Of a stretch of DNA of 64,000 nucleotides, positions 1 to 12,881 are shown piece by piece. The position numbers and the translations under genes were made by a program. The stretch is from Octopus vulgaris (taxonomy: Eukaryota), in NCBI GenBank assembly GCA_951406725.2, contig OX597833.1, positions 68,572,001-68,636,000 of the forward strand, given 5' to 3'. Within the stretch, counting starts at the first letter, position 1; each line of letters opens with the position of its first letter. Below the pieces are notes generated by a model, which saw only the letters and a program-made list of their open reading frames with translations, searched no databases and had not been told where the DNA came from.

Positions 1-103
1 GACGTTACTTTAAATCAACGTCGTCTGATTCTATAAAAGTGCTCTTACTTTATACTTAACCTAACTCTTTCATCTAAAGAAATACAAGTCGTTATATCTA
101 TAT

Positions 104-149
<46 letters not shown>

Positions 150-1220
150 GCACTTCTTTGATTCTTCCTGCACATAAAACTGAGGGCTTATGGGCAGTTT
201 TATATTGCTACGTATAGACACAGTTTTGTTGAATAATGCACTGATGTCGTATCCATTCTGGATTACGGCTTTGTTCTATTTTTTACCGAGCTTCTTGTCG
301 TTATTTGTAATTAATTCAAGCATTGATTGTTCATACGGATATATTTCTCCTTCCGTTTGATTATCCTCTTGTATTATATCTACATGACAGCGCATTTCTT
401 CCATACGATTTATCATTGTTAATGGCTGCAAACTGCTCTAGCATGTTAACTGCCATATTGTCGTCTTATTCCATTTGTGTTAAAAGCATGCGTCTGCTTC
501 CCATTAAGTATCTGTCTCTCTCTCATCTACAGCTTAATGTCACGTACTATATTAACATGTCTACCGGACTGGGGATAAGGACAGAAAACGTTATCTTGGC
601 TGATATTACAGGATATTGTCATATATTCTTTCCCGAATCAAAAATCATTTCTTATATTTCTCAGAATATATAGAATCAAAAATATCCACCATTTTTACAC
701 GCGTCTACAAGCTATCAATAGAAAATTGTATGTGTTTGATATCGAAGCAAAATTAGTCTATAGAACTTCAGTTCTTGATTTAGTATTGCATATTATTTGA
801 CAACTGCAAGCCTCACAAAGAGTTTTTGTGCGGAAAATATAATTTCTACCTGTGGATGCTCTCTTTCAGAGGGAGTTAACTTTTTGTAGGCATAGCCTCC
901 TAAGTAGGGGTTCTCGCCTTGATTATGTGTATGTGTTGCTTGTATAGCTAATAGAACGTTTGAGATTATTCATTTTTATTACACACAGAGTAAGATTGTA
1001 AAAGGTACCTAAGGCGTTGAACATGAAGTTTAATATAAAAATATTTTGAAACTTTTTCAAACGCAATAAATTATTTTATATTTTTAAATTCTGATCGCGT
1101 AAGGCAGAATCCAGCAACAGGCTTTGTAAGGGCTGCGCTTCTTATAGATGTCCACGTTTAGCTTCCAGATAGTCCAAAATGAAGTAGTATTAAAGAAAAG
1201 GTTAAATATTCAAATATAAC

Positions 1221-1482
1221 TGTGTAGTTCAGACGCTCACTTTGCAGACACATGATTTAGGGCTCAATTCCACAGAGCTACCCCCTCAGAAGGTGTATTT
1301 TTGTAAAGCATCACACAACCAATGCCTTATGAATGCATTTTGCCGAAACTGTGCGCAAGCCCGTCGTTAATATATATATATATATACGCATTTCCATATA
1401 TAAATACATATATAAGTATGACTACTGGTCTTCGTTTGTCCCAGTATGGTCGCAGTCCAATGACTGCAGCAAGTAAATGATA
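1221..1482 (+). mobile_element. Old, degenerate tRNA-derived SINE (family A-like)
   Basis: Decayed head, gaaactgtgcgcaagcccgtcg followed by (TA)n, and tail atggtcgcagtccaatgactgcagcaagtaaa, matching the intact family A copies in this window. Confidence 0.55.
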
Positions 1483-2894
1483 ACAGACAATAACAATAAA
1501 AATAATAATAATAATAATAATAATTTATGTTTCTCAGGAAAATTTAATATACCTAGATCTAAATTATCCGTATTCGTTTTCGATTTTTTTAAGTGAGATT
1601 TTGGTTTTTATTGTTAGAATTGTAGCTGTTATATTTATTAGGTTGACCAAAGACGTCCATACATTCTTGAACATTGCAACCTAGCAATGTTATTTCAAAT
1701 AAGTGGCAAAGTAACTCACGTTACACATTTATCTTTTATTCAAAGACTTAAACCTGAAGCGTGGTGCCAATGAAAGATATCCAGGTTATCCAACACTGGT
1801 AGAATGAACAGTAGGAATCTTCCTCGGCAATAGGAGCTGTCTTTATACGCGAGTAAAACCGCTGCTCTCCTCATTGGTAGCGTTTAATATAGCTTCAGAT
1901 TACAAAACGGTAACGGTTCCACCAAAGCACTTTCTCATCGATGAAATTTCCTATAAAGTATTTTGTTAAACTAGATTCAGTAAGATAGCAACATTGGCCC
2001 GTCGCATGGTCGGATTGAAACGGAGAACTTACGTTCGGGAAACTAATTTCTTAACTATACATGCCTACCTGCTATTAGAATGATGTGTATTCTCAATTAA
2101 CCCGAAGAAAAAAAATATTCCATTCTAAGTAATCGATTCACGTAAATTTTGCAATTAAGAAGCTTAGGCCTGTGTAATATCTCAACACTAAATCGAAACT
2201 GGATTAGAGCCTGAGGAAGCGGAAACTTTAGTTTGGTTGTCAAACAATCGGAGAAGTTCATTTGGCGAACCGACTTTCACTCCATATTGTAATGTTTCGA
2301 CAACTTACCTAGGGCTATAATTAAGCAGCTTGTATTATTGATTTTTCTGTAGTTGAGATTTTGTATTCTTGGAGAAATGTTAAATTGGATTGTAAGATAA
2401 ACAAGTGGAAAAGTAAAGTATCTGTCGCTTCTCACATACATTCAACTTCAACATGAAATGATGTGAGGGCTTCGCCTATTCTAACAATTAATTGAAGTGT
2501 GAAATGTGTTTGCATATTCGAGAATAGCTGTGTGTTTCAGAGATGTGTTTCACAACCTCATGGTTCTAGGCTCAATTGCAACACGAGTGTCTCATCGTAT
2601 TACAAAGCAAATCTTCGTAGCGAAAACGTGTACGGCATGCATTGCTGGTTTTGACGAAGTAGAGATTACCAATTGGATTGTGTTGATACAACAACTGGCA
2701 TCAGGGAATGTAAATCTGCAAGAATTTAAAATGTTGCAGCATGCCAATTCCTGAAACAACGCCTTGGCTATGTCATTCCTTCCCTGACTATGATAATACA
2801 AAATGAAAATTCACAATCATTATATCTACCTGTGTATAAAGACCAGTTTCTACCAGTTTCATAAATAACCATAGAGTTGCACCTCAAAAGTTAC

Positions 2895-3105
2895 CCTCCA
2901 GGACACAAGTCTGAGCAAGAATGTTTATGGAAGACCAGCAGTTCGCATATGCATACCAGCTTCTCCAACCCACGCCACCGATGTTATCCACGAGAAAGAC
3001 AAACGCCGATACAGCTTGGCACCAGTGACGTCGCTACTCACTTTTAAGCTGAGTGAAATAAACCGTTTTGCCCAAGTACACAACACACGGCCCAGTCCGG
3101 AAATT
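2895..3105 (-). mobile_element. SINE fragment (family C, GC-richer body)
   Basis: caggacacaagtc...ggaagaccagcag...gccgatacagcttggcaccagtgacgtcgc...gcccaagtacacaacacacggcccagtccgg. The right end resembles the reverse complement of the post-B-box region of tRNA-SINEs (compare 45290-45320). Confidence 0.5.
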
Positions 3106-3222
3106 ACTATCATATATGTACGTGCGTGTGTATCTGAGAGCATACCTATATTAATAAGCGCATCTATATGTGTGTGTGTGTGTGTGTGTGTGACTTAGTG
3201 CCAATTGTTTCTATAGCATTAA

Positions 3223-3440
3223 GGCGGTGAGCCGGCGGAATCGGGTGAACACCGGGAAAATGGTTTAGCGTCATTTCGTCTGTCTTCACGTTTTAACTTC
3301 AAATTATGCCGAGGTAGACTTAGCCTTTCATTATTTTGGGGTCGATAGAATAAGTACCGATTGAACACTGGGTTGGATGTATTCGACTTACCCCATGCAT
3401 CAAAATTACTGACCTTGTGCCAACATTTAAAGCCAATGTT
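3223..3440 (+). mobile_element. tRNA-derived SINE family B (older subfamily)
   Basis: ggcggtgagccggcggaatc head, ttcaaattatgcc B-box, gcctttcattattttggggtcgatagaataagtacc core; degenerate flanking direct repeat gccaat(t)gttt...ata.ca. Confidence 0.75.
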
Positions 3441-3496
3441 TTTGATACCAAACAATAATTAAATATAGAAGACATTCGCAAACATACCTACATAAG

Positions 3497-3545
<49 letters not shown>

Positions 3546-4847
3546 ACACACACACACATAACTACATGTATATATGGTCGTATTACTAAAAGACAGGAGC
3601 AAAATTAAAGAATTATATTGATATTTAGATTATGTGTACTACTATATTTGTCATAAAACGGATTTCTCGTTCTTAATTCGATCTCTGGAAAAGGTATATC
3701 GGAAGATTGTAAATGAAAAGTATAATAATGATGACGACAACGATACTAATAATAATAATAATAATAATAATAATAGTAAAAAGAAGAAGATGAAGAAGAA
3801 GAGGGGGAGGAGGAGTAGAGACAATGGAAACGGATACATGTTGATGAGGTAGAGGAAATGAAGAAACACACCTCTATCCAATTATCTGATAAATTACTCA
3901 ACTTCCTTGAGTACACTACCAAAGAAAATGATGAAAGAAAGTTACCAGAAGTAAAAAAGCTTTCCTGCTGGCTGCTTTATCTGTTTGGTAATTGTAATAT
4001 AGTGAAATTAAGAAAAAAAGTAGACAGGACGAAATGGCGGGTAGGGAATAACAAGGCAAAAAGAAAAAAAGAAATCCAATAGATAATGTAAAAAAAACAA
4101 AAAAAAAAACACACGAATGTAAAAATATAGAAACACATTAATTTCTTGAAGAAAATTAGACGAAGCAGAAAGATAATAACAAATCCAAATATGTAATGGA
4201 CAAAAATAAAAATAAAAAAAATAATTAATTTTGGTTTCATAGGGAAAATAACAAAACATACTGGAAAAGTATCAATGAAGAACGTACCTTGTTTACTTCA
4301 AATAATGTTTAATTGGATATCACCTTCTTAATGAATTAATTAACTACTTGAATAATACAACTTTTTAATGTTTTTCTTATGACTTTTGTCTTTTATTATT
4401 TGCCTCATGTTTCGGTACTTTTTTCAAAAAATTGGTTAGAGGCAAATTTTTAGGTGAGTAAAATCAGTATATCAAATTTACAGTTAATTTGATCGATAAC
4501 ATATATATATATACGTGTATATATACATACATATTTACACTGACACACAAACATACATACACATGCACTCAGATGCACGCACGCACAACCACATGCAAAC
4601 ACACGAACATACACAGGCCTATACATGGTGAACTTGCCTCTCCTGGACAACATATAAGGGAATGAGAGCTCCGCAAATTGTCGGTGAGCGAACTGCACGG
4701 ATAATTTGTTCAGGGTGATCAAATATATTTGCTGCTTTCTCGCTCATTCCCCACATCAAATCGAACACGTGCTTTTCACGCGTTATATGTCGAAGTCATC
4801 GAAGCGGAATGTGTAACGAAATTTGTTCAAGAACACAGCCTCTAACC

Positions 4848-4895
4848 CAGGGATTCCTAACGTGGGGCATATGCCCCACCTGTGGGGCCTGGGAA
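4848..4895 (+). mobile_element. hAT/Charlie-type terminus fragment
   Basis: cagggattcctaacgtgggg resembles CAGGGGTTCCCAAC-type hAT TIRs; it contains a perfect 18-bp palindrome gtggggcatatgccccac (4862-4879). No partner TIR seen. Confidence 0.35.
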
Positions 4896-5063
4896 AATTG
4901 TAGTGTGAGCTGAGTGATCCAAATTTTCCTTTTCTTTTTAATAAGACATGGAATTGGGAAAATCTTTCGCTTATTTTTTTCTTTCTCAGTCAATAACGTA
5001 CTTTCATTTTATACATACACACATACACACACACACACACATATATATATATAGATAGATAGA

Positions 5064-5390
5064 TTCAGTCCCACTCTGTGGCACCTTGGTCAAGTGTCTT
5101 CTACTATAGACTCGGGCTGACCAAAGCCTTGTGAGTGGATCTGAGAGACGGAAACTGAAAGAAGCCTATCTTATATATATATATATAAATGTATGTATTT
5201 GTGTGTGTGTTGTTGTGCCTTGTGCGTCTGTGTTTGTCACCCTAGCATTGCTTGACATCTGATGCTGGTGTGTTCGACAAAAGGACCGATATAATAAAGA
5301 GTAAGCTTACAAAGAATAAGTCCTGAGGTCGATTTGTTAGACTAAATGCGGTGCTCCAGCATGGCCGCAGTCAAATTACTGAAACGAGAA
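5064..5390 (+). mobile_element. SINE family A, 5'-truncated
   Basis: ttcagtcccactctgtggcaccttggtcaagtgtcttc...internal (TA)n(TG)n...gcggtgctccagcatggccgcagtcaaattactgaaac. Confidence 0.9.
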
Positions 5391-6103
5391 CGTGTAAATG
5401 GATAGATCGATGTACACGTGAATGTCTTTATATTATAAATTTAGGGAGATAGATAGATATACATGCATGTGTATGTGTATCATTCATATATCAACCACGT
5501 AAAATCAAATTGCAGCAGTTCAGACAATTTTAAGGTTTCTACAGTTACGCACAAGTGTGATAGTTAGAAACGAGGCTGAACGAAAACATAATTGACAAGA
5601 ATTCTGATCAATGAGATGAAAATGGAAACTGCAGGATCGAAAAAGTTAAATGAAGTTCTTAACAAGTCTTCCATATACACACATGCATCAAATCTATGTA
5701 TGACACTGATTGCAAGCGAGGTATCAAACGTACAAACAAAACGAAGATCAAAAACAGGATCTATACCCAAATAAGTTAAGACGGATAAAACGAAGAAAAA
5801 TTTCTTAAAAAGATTCAATCGTGTAAGTCGTGTTTATTCTAATTAGCTCGCGCAACAACATGGAATAGACAACATTCTAAAAACAAAATAAAGTCTGTGA
5901 GACTAAATGAAGTTTCAAATCTTTGCAGCTAATGAATTGGTAGAAAGGAAGTAGAACATGCTTCGAACTATTAAATCTTGCAAACTCGAAGTTAATCAGG
6001 CGACATACTTTTAATATACGAACGTGACGTTGCTGCATGTCGCATTCCAATTTACGCTTTTTATAATTGGAACGAACGAAACAGCGACTACGCTAATGAC
6101 GTT

Positions 6104-6163
<60 letters not shown>

Positions 6164-6303
6164 AATAAACAGCTAAGTATATAAATGTATATATACATGC
6201 ATATACGTATATATATGCATGTGTTCCGCGATATCCTTTGTGTTCTGTTTATAATTTGTATTTGATATATACACTCTCACCTCTGCCACTATCTGGCATA
6301 TAC

Positions 6304-6365
<62 letters not shown>

Positions 6366-6366
6366 C

Positions 6367-6583
6367 GGGCGAAATAGCGCGCCGGGCGAAATGCTTAGCA
6401 GTATTTCGTCTTCCGCTGCGGTGTGAGTTCAAATCCCACCGAGGTTGACTTTGCCTTTCATCCTTTCGGGGGAGATAAATTAAGTACCAGTTACGCACTA
6501 GGGTCGATGTAATCGGCTTAATCCCTTTGTCTGTCCATGTTTGTCCCCTTTGTGTTTAGCTCCTTGTGGGCAATAAAGAAATA
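6367..6583 (+). mobile_element. SINE family B inserted in (TA)n
   Basis: gccgggcgaaatgcttagc...gagttcaaatccc...gcctttcatcctttcgggg...taagtaccagttacgcac...ccttgtgggcaataaagaaat; (TA)n on both sides. Confidence 0.9.
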
Positions 6584-6585
6584 TT

Positions 6586-6631
<46 letters not shown>

Positions 6632-6984
6632 TACGCACACATATGTATATATTTCAGAAGTAAGATGGAAATTCCGATAGGATCTGGCACTTAAAAAGGT
6701 ATGCACCAGGCAGGGCTAGGCAACGTATGTAGTTCTTGCCTATGGTTGGTGAGTGTCAAAATATCAGAGAGGATATTGCGGTTGTGTACACAGAGAAAAC
6801 CAACCAACCCTATGAGTATTTAGCCCCTAAGGGTTTGGTCTAAATTACGCGTACCTTTGAGTAATACGATGTTGGTATACTCCAAGGTGTGCGACAAGTA
6901 AATCCTTTGGTGTATTGTTATCAAATGAATAGCATACCCAGAATAATTGTCAGCTCATTACAGATGTTTCTTATGTAAACTTTT

Positions 6985-7220
6985 AACAGAAGAATGGGGA
7001 CAGTACATCATTGTAAAAGATCGTAATTATCAGATGAGAAATAATCTTACAAAATCAAAGAATATCCAGGAATACTGCAGGGATATATCTGTCGAAGCCA
7101 GCTTTGAAATGGAAGAATAAGCAACTATGTTGGCAGTTTAGGTTAAAAATGTAGTTCTTTAACGTGTGTAAAGTCCAGTTACTCGGCTGAGAAGGTGTTT
7201 GATAGATTAGATCACGGGTT
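6985..7220 (+). pseudogene. Possible highly decayed non-LTR (RTE-like) reverse transcriptase fragment
   Basis: Hand translation gives EEWGQYIIVK...NIQEYCRDIS and, later, EKVFDRLDH. These are in the order of the RT motifs PEEW..SIIVP..K / DIQEC.NYRGIS / DLEKAFDRV.H. Confidence 0.3.
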
Positions 7221-7546
7221 GACTGGAGTGTGTTGTAGGAGAAAATTTATTGTGGTAAGCTATGGATTTTTGTAAGCAAGGAGGGGATTATAAAGTAAGC
7301 AGCCTTATTTTCTTTTCAAACATAATTAGCTAGCTTAACTATTTAACAAATAATATCGAAAGTTTGTTAAAATACCTCCTCCTAGACTAATCCCTGCCCT
7401 CCCTCTCTCTCCATCCGTCTCCTGTTTCTAACGAAGACGTTTGCTCGAAATGTAAAACTACCCATCTTTCCTTCCCTTAATTTAATAATAGCATTAATTT
7501 AACACCGAATGGCTTAGCACAAAAAACTACGGAGAAGATACAAATT

Positions 7547-7831
7547 TATACATAAATTACTAGAGAATTAACCACTGTGTGGATAACTCTAGTGCCAAAA
7601 ATAGAAAGATGTTTCCAATTAGAAATAACATACATTTATGTAAGTAAAATTACATATTACATTAGTAATGAAACAATTTGTTCAGGGTCAATCTATTTAT
7701 TCGTTATACTTCACTTTCCTTCCGTTAAATGTATGTTATTTCTAATTGGAAACATCTTTTTCTGTGGCTGTACTATCGGGGCTATTTTTAGCACTAGAGT
7801 TATCCACATAGTGGTTAACTCTCTAATAATT

Positions 7832-7839
<8 letters not shown>
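7547..7839. mobile_element. Foldback/MITE-like element with ~90-bp inverted arms
   Basis: 7547-7638 is the near-exact reverse complement of 7726-7839 apart from a ~22-nt indel; the right end runs into (TA)n. Confidence 0.8.
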
Positions 7840-7880
<41 letters not shown>

Positions 7881-7986
7881 ATCTATCTATTTCTGAATAT
7901 ATGTTATGAAATACAGAAAATTATTGTTCTCATTAAATCATATTTCACATTAATATATATATATATATATGTGTGGATATATAAAA

Positions 7987-8401
7987 GGCGGCGAGCTGGC
8001 AGAAACGTTAGCACACTGGACAAAATGCTTAGAGGTATTTCGCCCGTCGCTACGTACTGAGTTCAAATTCCGCCGAGGTCGACTTTGCCTTTCATCCTTT
8101 CGGGGTCGATAAATTAATTACCAGTTACGCACTGGGGTCGATATAATCGACTTAATCCGAGTGTCTGTCCTTGTTTGTCCTCTCTGTGTTTAGCCCCTTG
8201 TGGGTAGTAAGGAAATAGGTATTTCGTCTGCCGCTACGTTCTGAGTTCAAATTCCGCCGAGGTCGACTTTGCCTTTCATCCTTTCGGGGTCGATAAATTA
8301 AGTACCAGTTACGCACTGGGGTTGATGTATTCGACTTAATCCGTTTGTCTGTCCTTGTTTGACCTCTCTGTGTCTAGCCCCTTGTGGGTAGTAAAGAAAT
8401 A
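7987..8401 (+). mobile_element. SINE family B with tandem-duplicated 184-bp body
   Basis: Full head ggcggcgagctggcagaaacgttagc, then two near-identical units starting aggtatttcg at 8033 and 8217. Confidence 0.92.
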
Positions 8402-8689
8402 TATATATATATGGGGTGTGGGGTGAGTGTGTGTGTGTGTGTAATCATGAGATAATTAATTTCAATATATTTTATGTATGTCTGTTGCCTACATTATACT
8501 ATAAACCCGGGCGGGGATGCTGTGTGTTTTATAGATTCTTTTGACAGAAGATTTTTCCAAGACTGAATCATTCCTTTCTGTTTGATCTGTGTATACGGTC
8601 CGTTGTATGGTGTTGTCTGACAATCTTGTGTACGTTGGGAATTTGCTAGTTTTGGAAGAGAACTCCACATCAGATTTTCTGCGAGCTAC

Positions 8690-9000
8690 AAATCCATGAT
8701 CGACATATTTTGAAGCAGCGTTTCGTCGGTGCGTCTGCTTAAGATTTGCACCACGCTGATCACGATTTTCTGTCATCTCATTTCAAACTGATTAACCGAC
8801 TTAAACTAGTGAGAAATATTATTCGGCATTTGTTCTGCTTTTTAGCAAGGTTTTCCCAAGAGTTGACATCCATATGAAAATACTTGAATTTATTTTTAAA
8901 GTTCGCTTGTACGACACAAATATAATATACTCGATCAAGTGCAGATTGCCTAGATAATCGATTATATCTTTGCTCGGTGCATTCGGAGTCCAATTCTAGC
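8690..9000 (-). pseudogene. Decayed RTE-clade LINE ORF C-terminus
   Basis: ORF 8778-8993 contains ANFKNKFKYFHMDVNSWENLAKKQNKCR, like the RTE motif LK...ID...WE.LA.DR..WR. A downstream frame gives a CFKICRS zinc-finger-like remnant. Confidence 0.55.
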
Positions 9001-9091
9001 GAAGTTAAGGTTAAGTCTTCAGTGGCTTAGTCACTTTCAGTGATGAAATATATAGATATAAATATATATAGTCTGTGCGATTTTAGTTCAT

Positions 9092-9158
<67 letters not shown>

Positions 9159-9759
9159 ATCTATGTATGTATATATATGATGAACTAAAATGGCACTGAT
9201 TAGATGCACGTGATCTATCTCCTTCACGCACCTGAATGTGTGGATGTCCCTGCCTGTCACTATGGTGCGTTTGATCGCTTTCACATTTCTTTCGTTCAGT
9301 TTAAAGTAAAAAAACAAAAAAGCCGAATGGATAACGCAAAATGGTAGAGATATTGATTACCTTAATTCCTAGCTTGGAATAGAAATAGCTGGTGTTCATC
9401 TCTCGTACAGTATATTTTATCCAATCATCAACACTATAGAGAGCTGTATAATATATAATACGACTAATTCATCCTGGTTTTTTCCCCCATTAACGAATAG
9501 ATTTTTATCAGTTCTTGCGGTTCTATTTGAGAATGAAATATAAGTATCCTTCAGCATTTACTACCGACATATATAGAAAAAAAATTATATCTTTTAGTCC
9601 ATGCTTAGAACAAATGTCCGCATTCCATCACTCCATCAACTCACTTCCAATACAAAAACTGAACGCCTCTCATTATATTAGGTGAATATACGAGATATCC
9701 TCATACAATTTTATATTAATACGCTAATAGCTTCAGCATGGGTATTATGTGTGCGTGTG

Positions 9760-9762
9760 TCT

Positions 9763-9796
<34 letters not shown>

Positions 9797-9889
9797 CATG
9801 CATACACATACACGTGTGTATATGTATGTGTATAATATATATATATACAGTTGTATACATGCATACACATAAACGTGTACATATATATT

Positions 9890-9939
<50 letters not shown>

Positions 9940-10200
9940 TGTATGTATGTATGTATGTATGTATGTATGTATGTATGTATGTATGTATGTATATATATAT
10001 ACATGCATACAAATACACGTGTATATATATATATATATTTATATATGCATTTATGTATGTATATATTCATGCATACAAACACACGTGTGTATATATATAT
10101 ATATATACATTTATATATGTATGTATATATGTACATGCATATACATACACGTGTATATATATATATATACAGATGTATAAATGCATACAGATACACGTGT

Positions 10201-10252
<52 letters not shown>
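9760..10252. repeat. Compound microsatellite (TA)n/(TATG)n with catgcatacaaa.acacgt subrepeats
   Basis: Direct reading; it generates the Y/I/V/C/M-rich ORFs. Confidence 0.95.
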
Positions 10253-10255
<3 letters not shown>

Positions 10256-11037
10256 TAGTTAATAAATATCTGAGTATATTCTTGCCGATATATATGATAA
10301 TTTGAGAGCGATAGAATCAATAACAAAGAATTGCGTATACATTTGGAGCCCACCACAGATATATTGGTATATTGATATATGTATTTTCGGAATCTAAAAA
10401 GGAGTCTATATAATATGAATCACCGAGTGTATGTGAGCATTTATATGTACATTCGCAAACACACACGTATGTGTGTGTGTGTTCATACTTGCACACAACG
10501 CCGTGTAGTTTGCGTGACACCTCCTGTGGTACTTTAAATTCAAAGATGTTTGAAACGAATCTAATGCAAATTGAAGTAAAGGATTCACAAATGAAATAAA
10601 GAAAGCGAAACAAGCTATGCTACTACTCCACCATTACCTCTCATTTCACCATTGAAAATTTTTAATATGAATTTTATCCGTTTTTAAATATTTCGCATGA
10701 AACACGCACACATACACAGATACATACATACATGCACACATACACACACACGGACACTCACGTATACACACATGCACGCACACACACACACACACACACT
10801 CACATACACAGATATGCACACACATTGACAACTACAGAATCATATAAATGTTTTACTCTTTTCCACACTTGCCTTTTTAAATTGCAATATATTGGATTTT
10901 TAATAATTCATAGACACACGTGCCTGTCTGTACGGTTACAAGTAGTTTGCGTCCCAACCACAGGGTCCTGGGTTCAGTCTCACTGTGTGTCGCGTATATC
11001 CTCTAGAATTTAGAGTCCTCTAGAATCGAATGTAAAG

Positions 11038-11116
11038 AAGTGATTCTCAAAATAGGGTCCGTGGACATCTGGTGGTCTGCAATGGATGTCCGTGAACTAA
11101 AGACAGGGAACCACTG
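11038..11116. mobile_element. Short non-autonomous hAT (Charlie/MER5-like) element
   Basis: Ends aagtgattctcaa...gggaaccactg followed by atctagtc, resembling CAGTGGTTCTCAA TIRs and the TCTAG target preference; the TSD is poorly preserved. Confidence 0.45.
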
Positions 11117-11923
11117 ATCTAGTCTCGATCAATAACAATTCAATAAAAAACGACGACGTGTCCATCGGTGACGTCTGCCACGAGGCAGACGACAGTACCA
11201 ACAGCTTCCATTTTACGATATTGGTAAATTTCCATTGTAATGCAATGTTTATTTACGTAACCAATTCAAATTTGGCATTGTGATTCTGGTATTAGTAATC
11301 AGATTGTAATTTGTATCAGAAAACACAATAAAAAAAAAACAGACACACATAAATAAATACATACAAATCTCAAAGTGATAGATCGTATCTCGCTCTGTCT
11401 TGTCAAGTGTACTAGTTTTGTTTTTATCGTCAAATGATACTAATTAGGAAAATCAATGTGCTTCGTTCTTTTTAGTTTTTCTTTTTTGGTTTCTTTTTGT
11501 TATGGTCCACTAACTAGATTGTCGATGATCAATAAAATAGAATAGAGGCTGTATGAATGGAATTATGCCAAGTGAATGCCTCAGTGAGATCACTGACAAT
11601 TGGGATTCAGCCACGAACCATACATAAATCATCGTGTAAGTCACATTAACTGAAATTGTTAATGGCCATCAATACAGACATCAGGATGATGAAATGATGA
11701 AAATGAACCAAGAATAGCCTCGTTTAGAAGTGTGCAGCGGACATTGTCTCCATAAGTAGAAGGGAAAGTCAACTTTACGTACATAAAACACATACAAACA
11801 CACACACACACACACACGAACATATCTTTTTACTTGTTTCAGTCATGAGACTGCAACGATGCTGGGGCACCTTTTTGAAGAAATTCTTAGTCGAAAAAAA
11901 AAAAAAAAACCGATGCCAGTACT

Positions 11924-12164
11924 TACTCTTCTACTTATTCTTCAGTCATTTGGTTGCGACCATGCTGGAGCACCGCCTTTAAGTCGAAGAAATCGACCCC
12001 CAGGACTTATCCTTTGTAAGCCTAGTACGTATTCTATCGGTGTCTTTTGCCGAACCGCTAAGTTACGGGGACGTAAACACACCAGCATCGGTTGTCAAGC
12101 GATGATGGGGGGGACAATCACAGACACAGAAACATATACACGCACACACATACACACACCCACG

Positions 12165-12206
<42 letters not shown>

Positions 12207-12353
12207 TATACGATGGGCTTCTTTCAGTTTCCGTCTACTAAAGCCACTCACAAGGCTTTGGTCGACACTTGCCCAGGTTGCCACACAGTGGGACTGAACC
12301 CTGAACCATGTGGTTGGTAAGCAAGCTACTTACCACACAGCCACTCCTGCGCC
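11924..12353 (-). mobile_element. Young SINE family A nested in an older A-like SINE (11825-12603)
   Basis: Reverse complement begins ggcgcaggagtggctgtgtggtaag (A box) and has ggttcagtccc (B box). The older copy's tail lies to the left and its body resumes to the right. Confidence 0.9.
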
Positions 12354-12607
12354 TATTATTTCTCATCGACTTAATTATTTTTAAAAATCTGTTACTTATT
12401 TTATAGATCTGTTTTTACCAAATTGATATGTTACGCGGATGTAAACAAACCAACGCTGGTTTTCAGGCCGCAGTGGAGAAAAAAAACACAGACATATGGA
12501 CACCCGCTCCATATATACATACACATTTATATACATGCGACGGGCTTCTTTCAGTTTCCCTCTGCGAAATTCACTCATGAGTCTTTGGTCAACACGAGGC
12601 TTTAACG

Positions 12608-12838
12608 TATCTTTCCTTGTTGTTTCGCTCAATGGACAACCGTCAGGTTGGAGCATCGCCTTCAAGTGTTTCGTTGAATAAAATCGATCCTGGTATTTTA
12701 AGTTAAAGTTTGTTAATTTGTCTTATAAGTCACTAAGTTCGAACCGCTACGCTGCGAAGGCATAAACAAACCAGTTAAGTAATTATGGGGCAGGGTTAAA
12801 AAAATATGCCCGCGCGCACACAAACACATTTATACACA

Positions 12839-12881
<43 letters not shown>

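Noticed and set aside
323-673. 116-aa ORF
   Set aside because: Non-ATG start, no recognisable motif or splice context.
7987-8075. tRNA gene
   Set aside because: Only A and B boxes of a SINE head; no full cloverleaf, and it continues into a multi-copy body. The same applies to the other SINE heads.
9682-10305. Long ORFs rich in Y/I/C/V/M/H/T (also ~32100-32700, 41250-41870, 42380-43100, 59550-60200)
   Set aside because: Translations of stop-free (TA)n/(TG)n/(CA)n arrays, open in many frames on both strands.
11859-12320. Recurring ORFs with RRASFSFRLPNPLT / GFFQFPSTK (also 38669, 52691, 54759, 55705)
   Set aside because: Chance reading frames through non-coding SINE family A copies.
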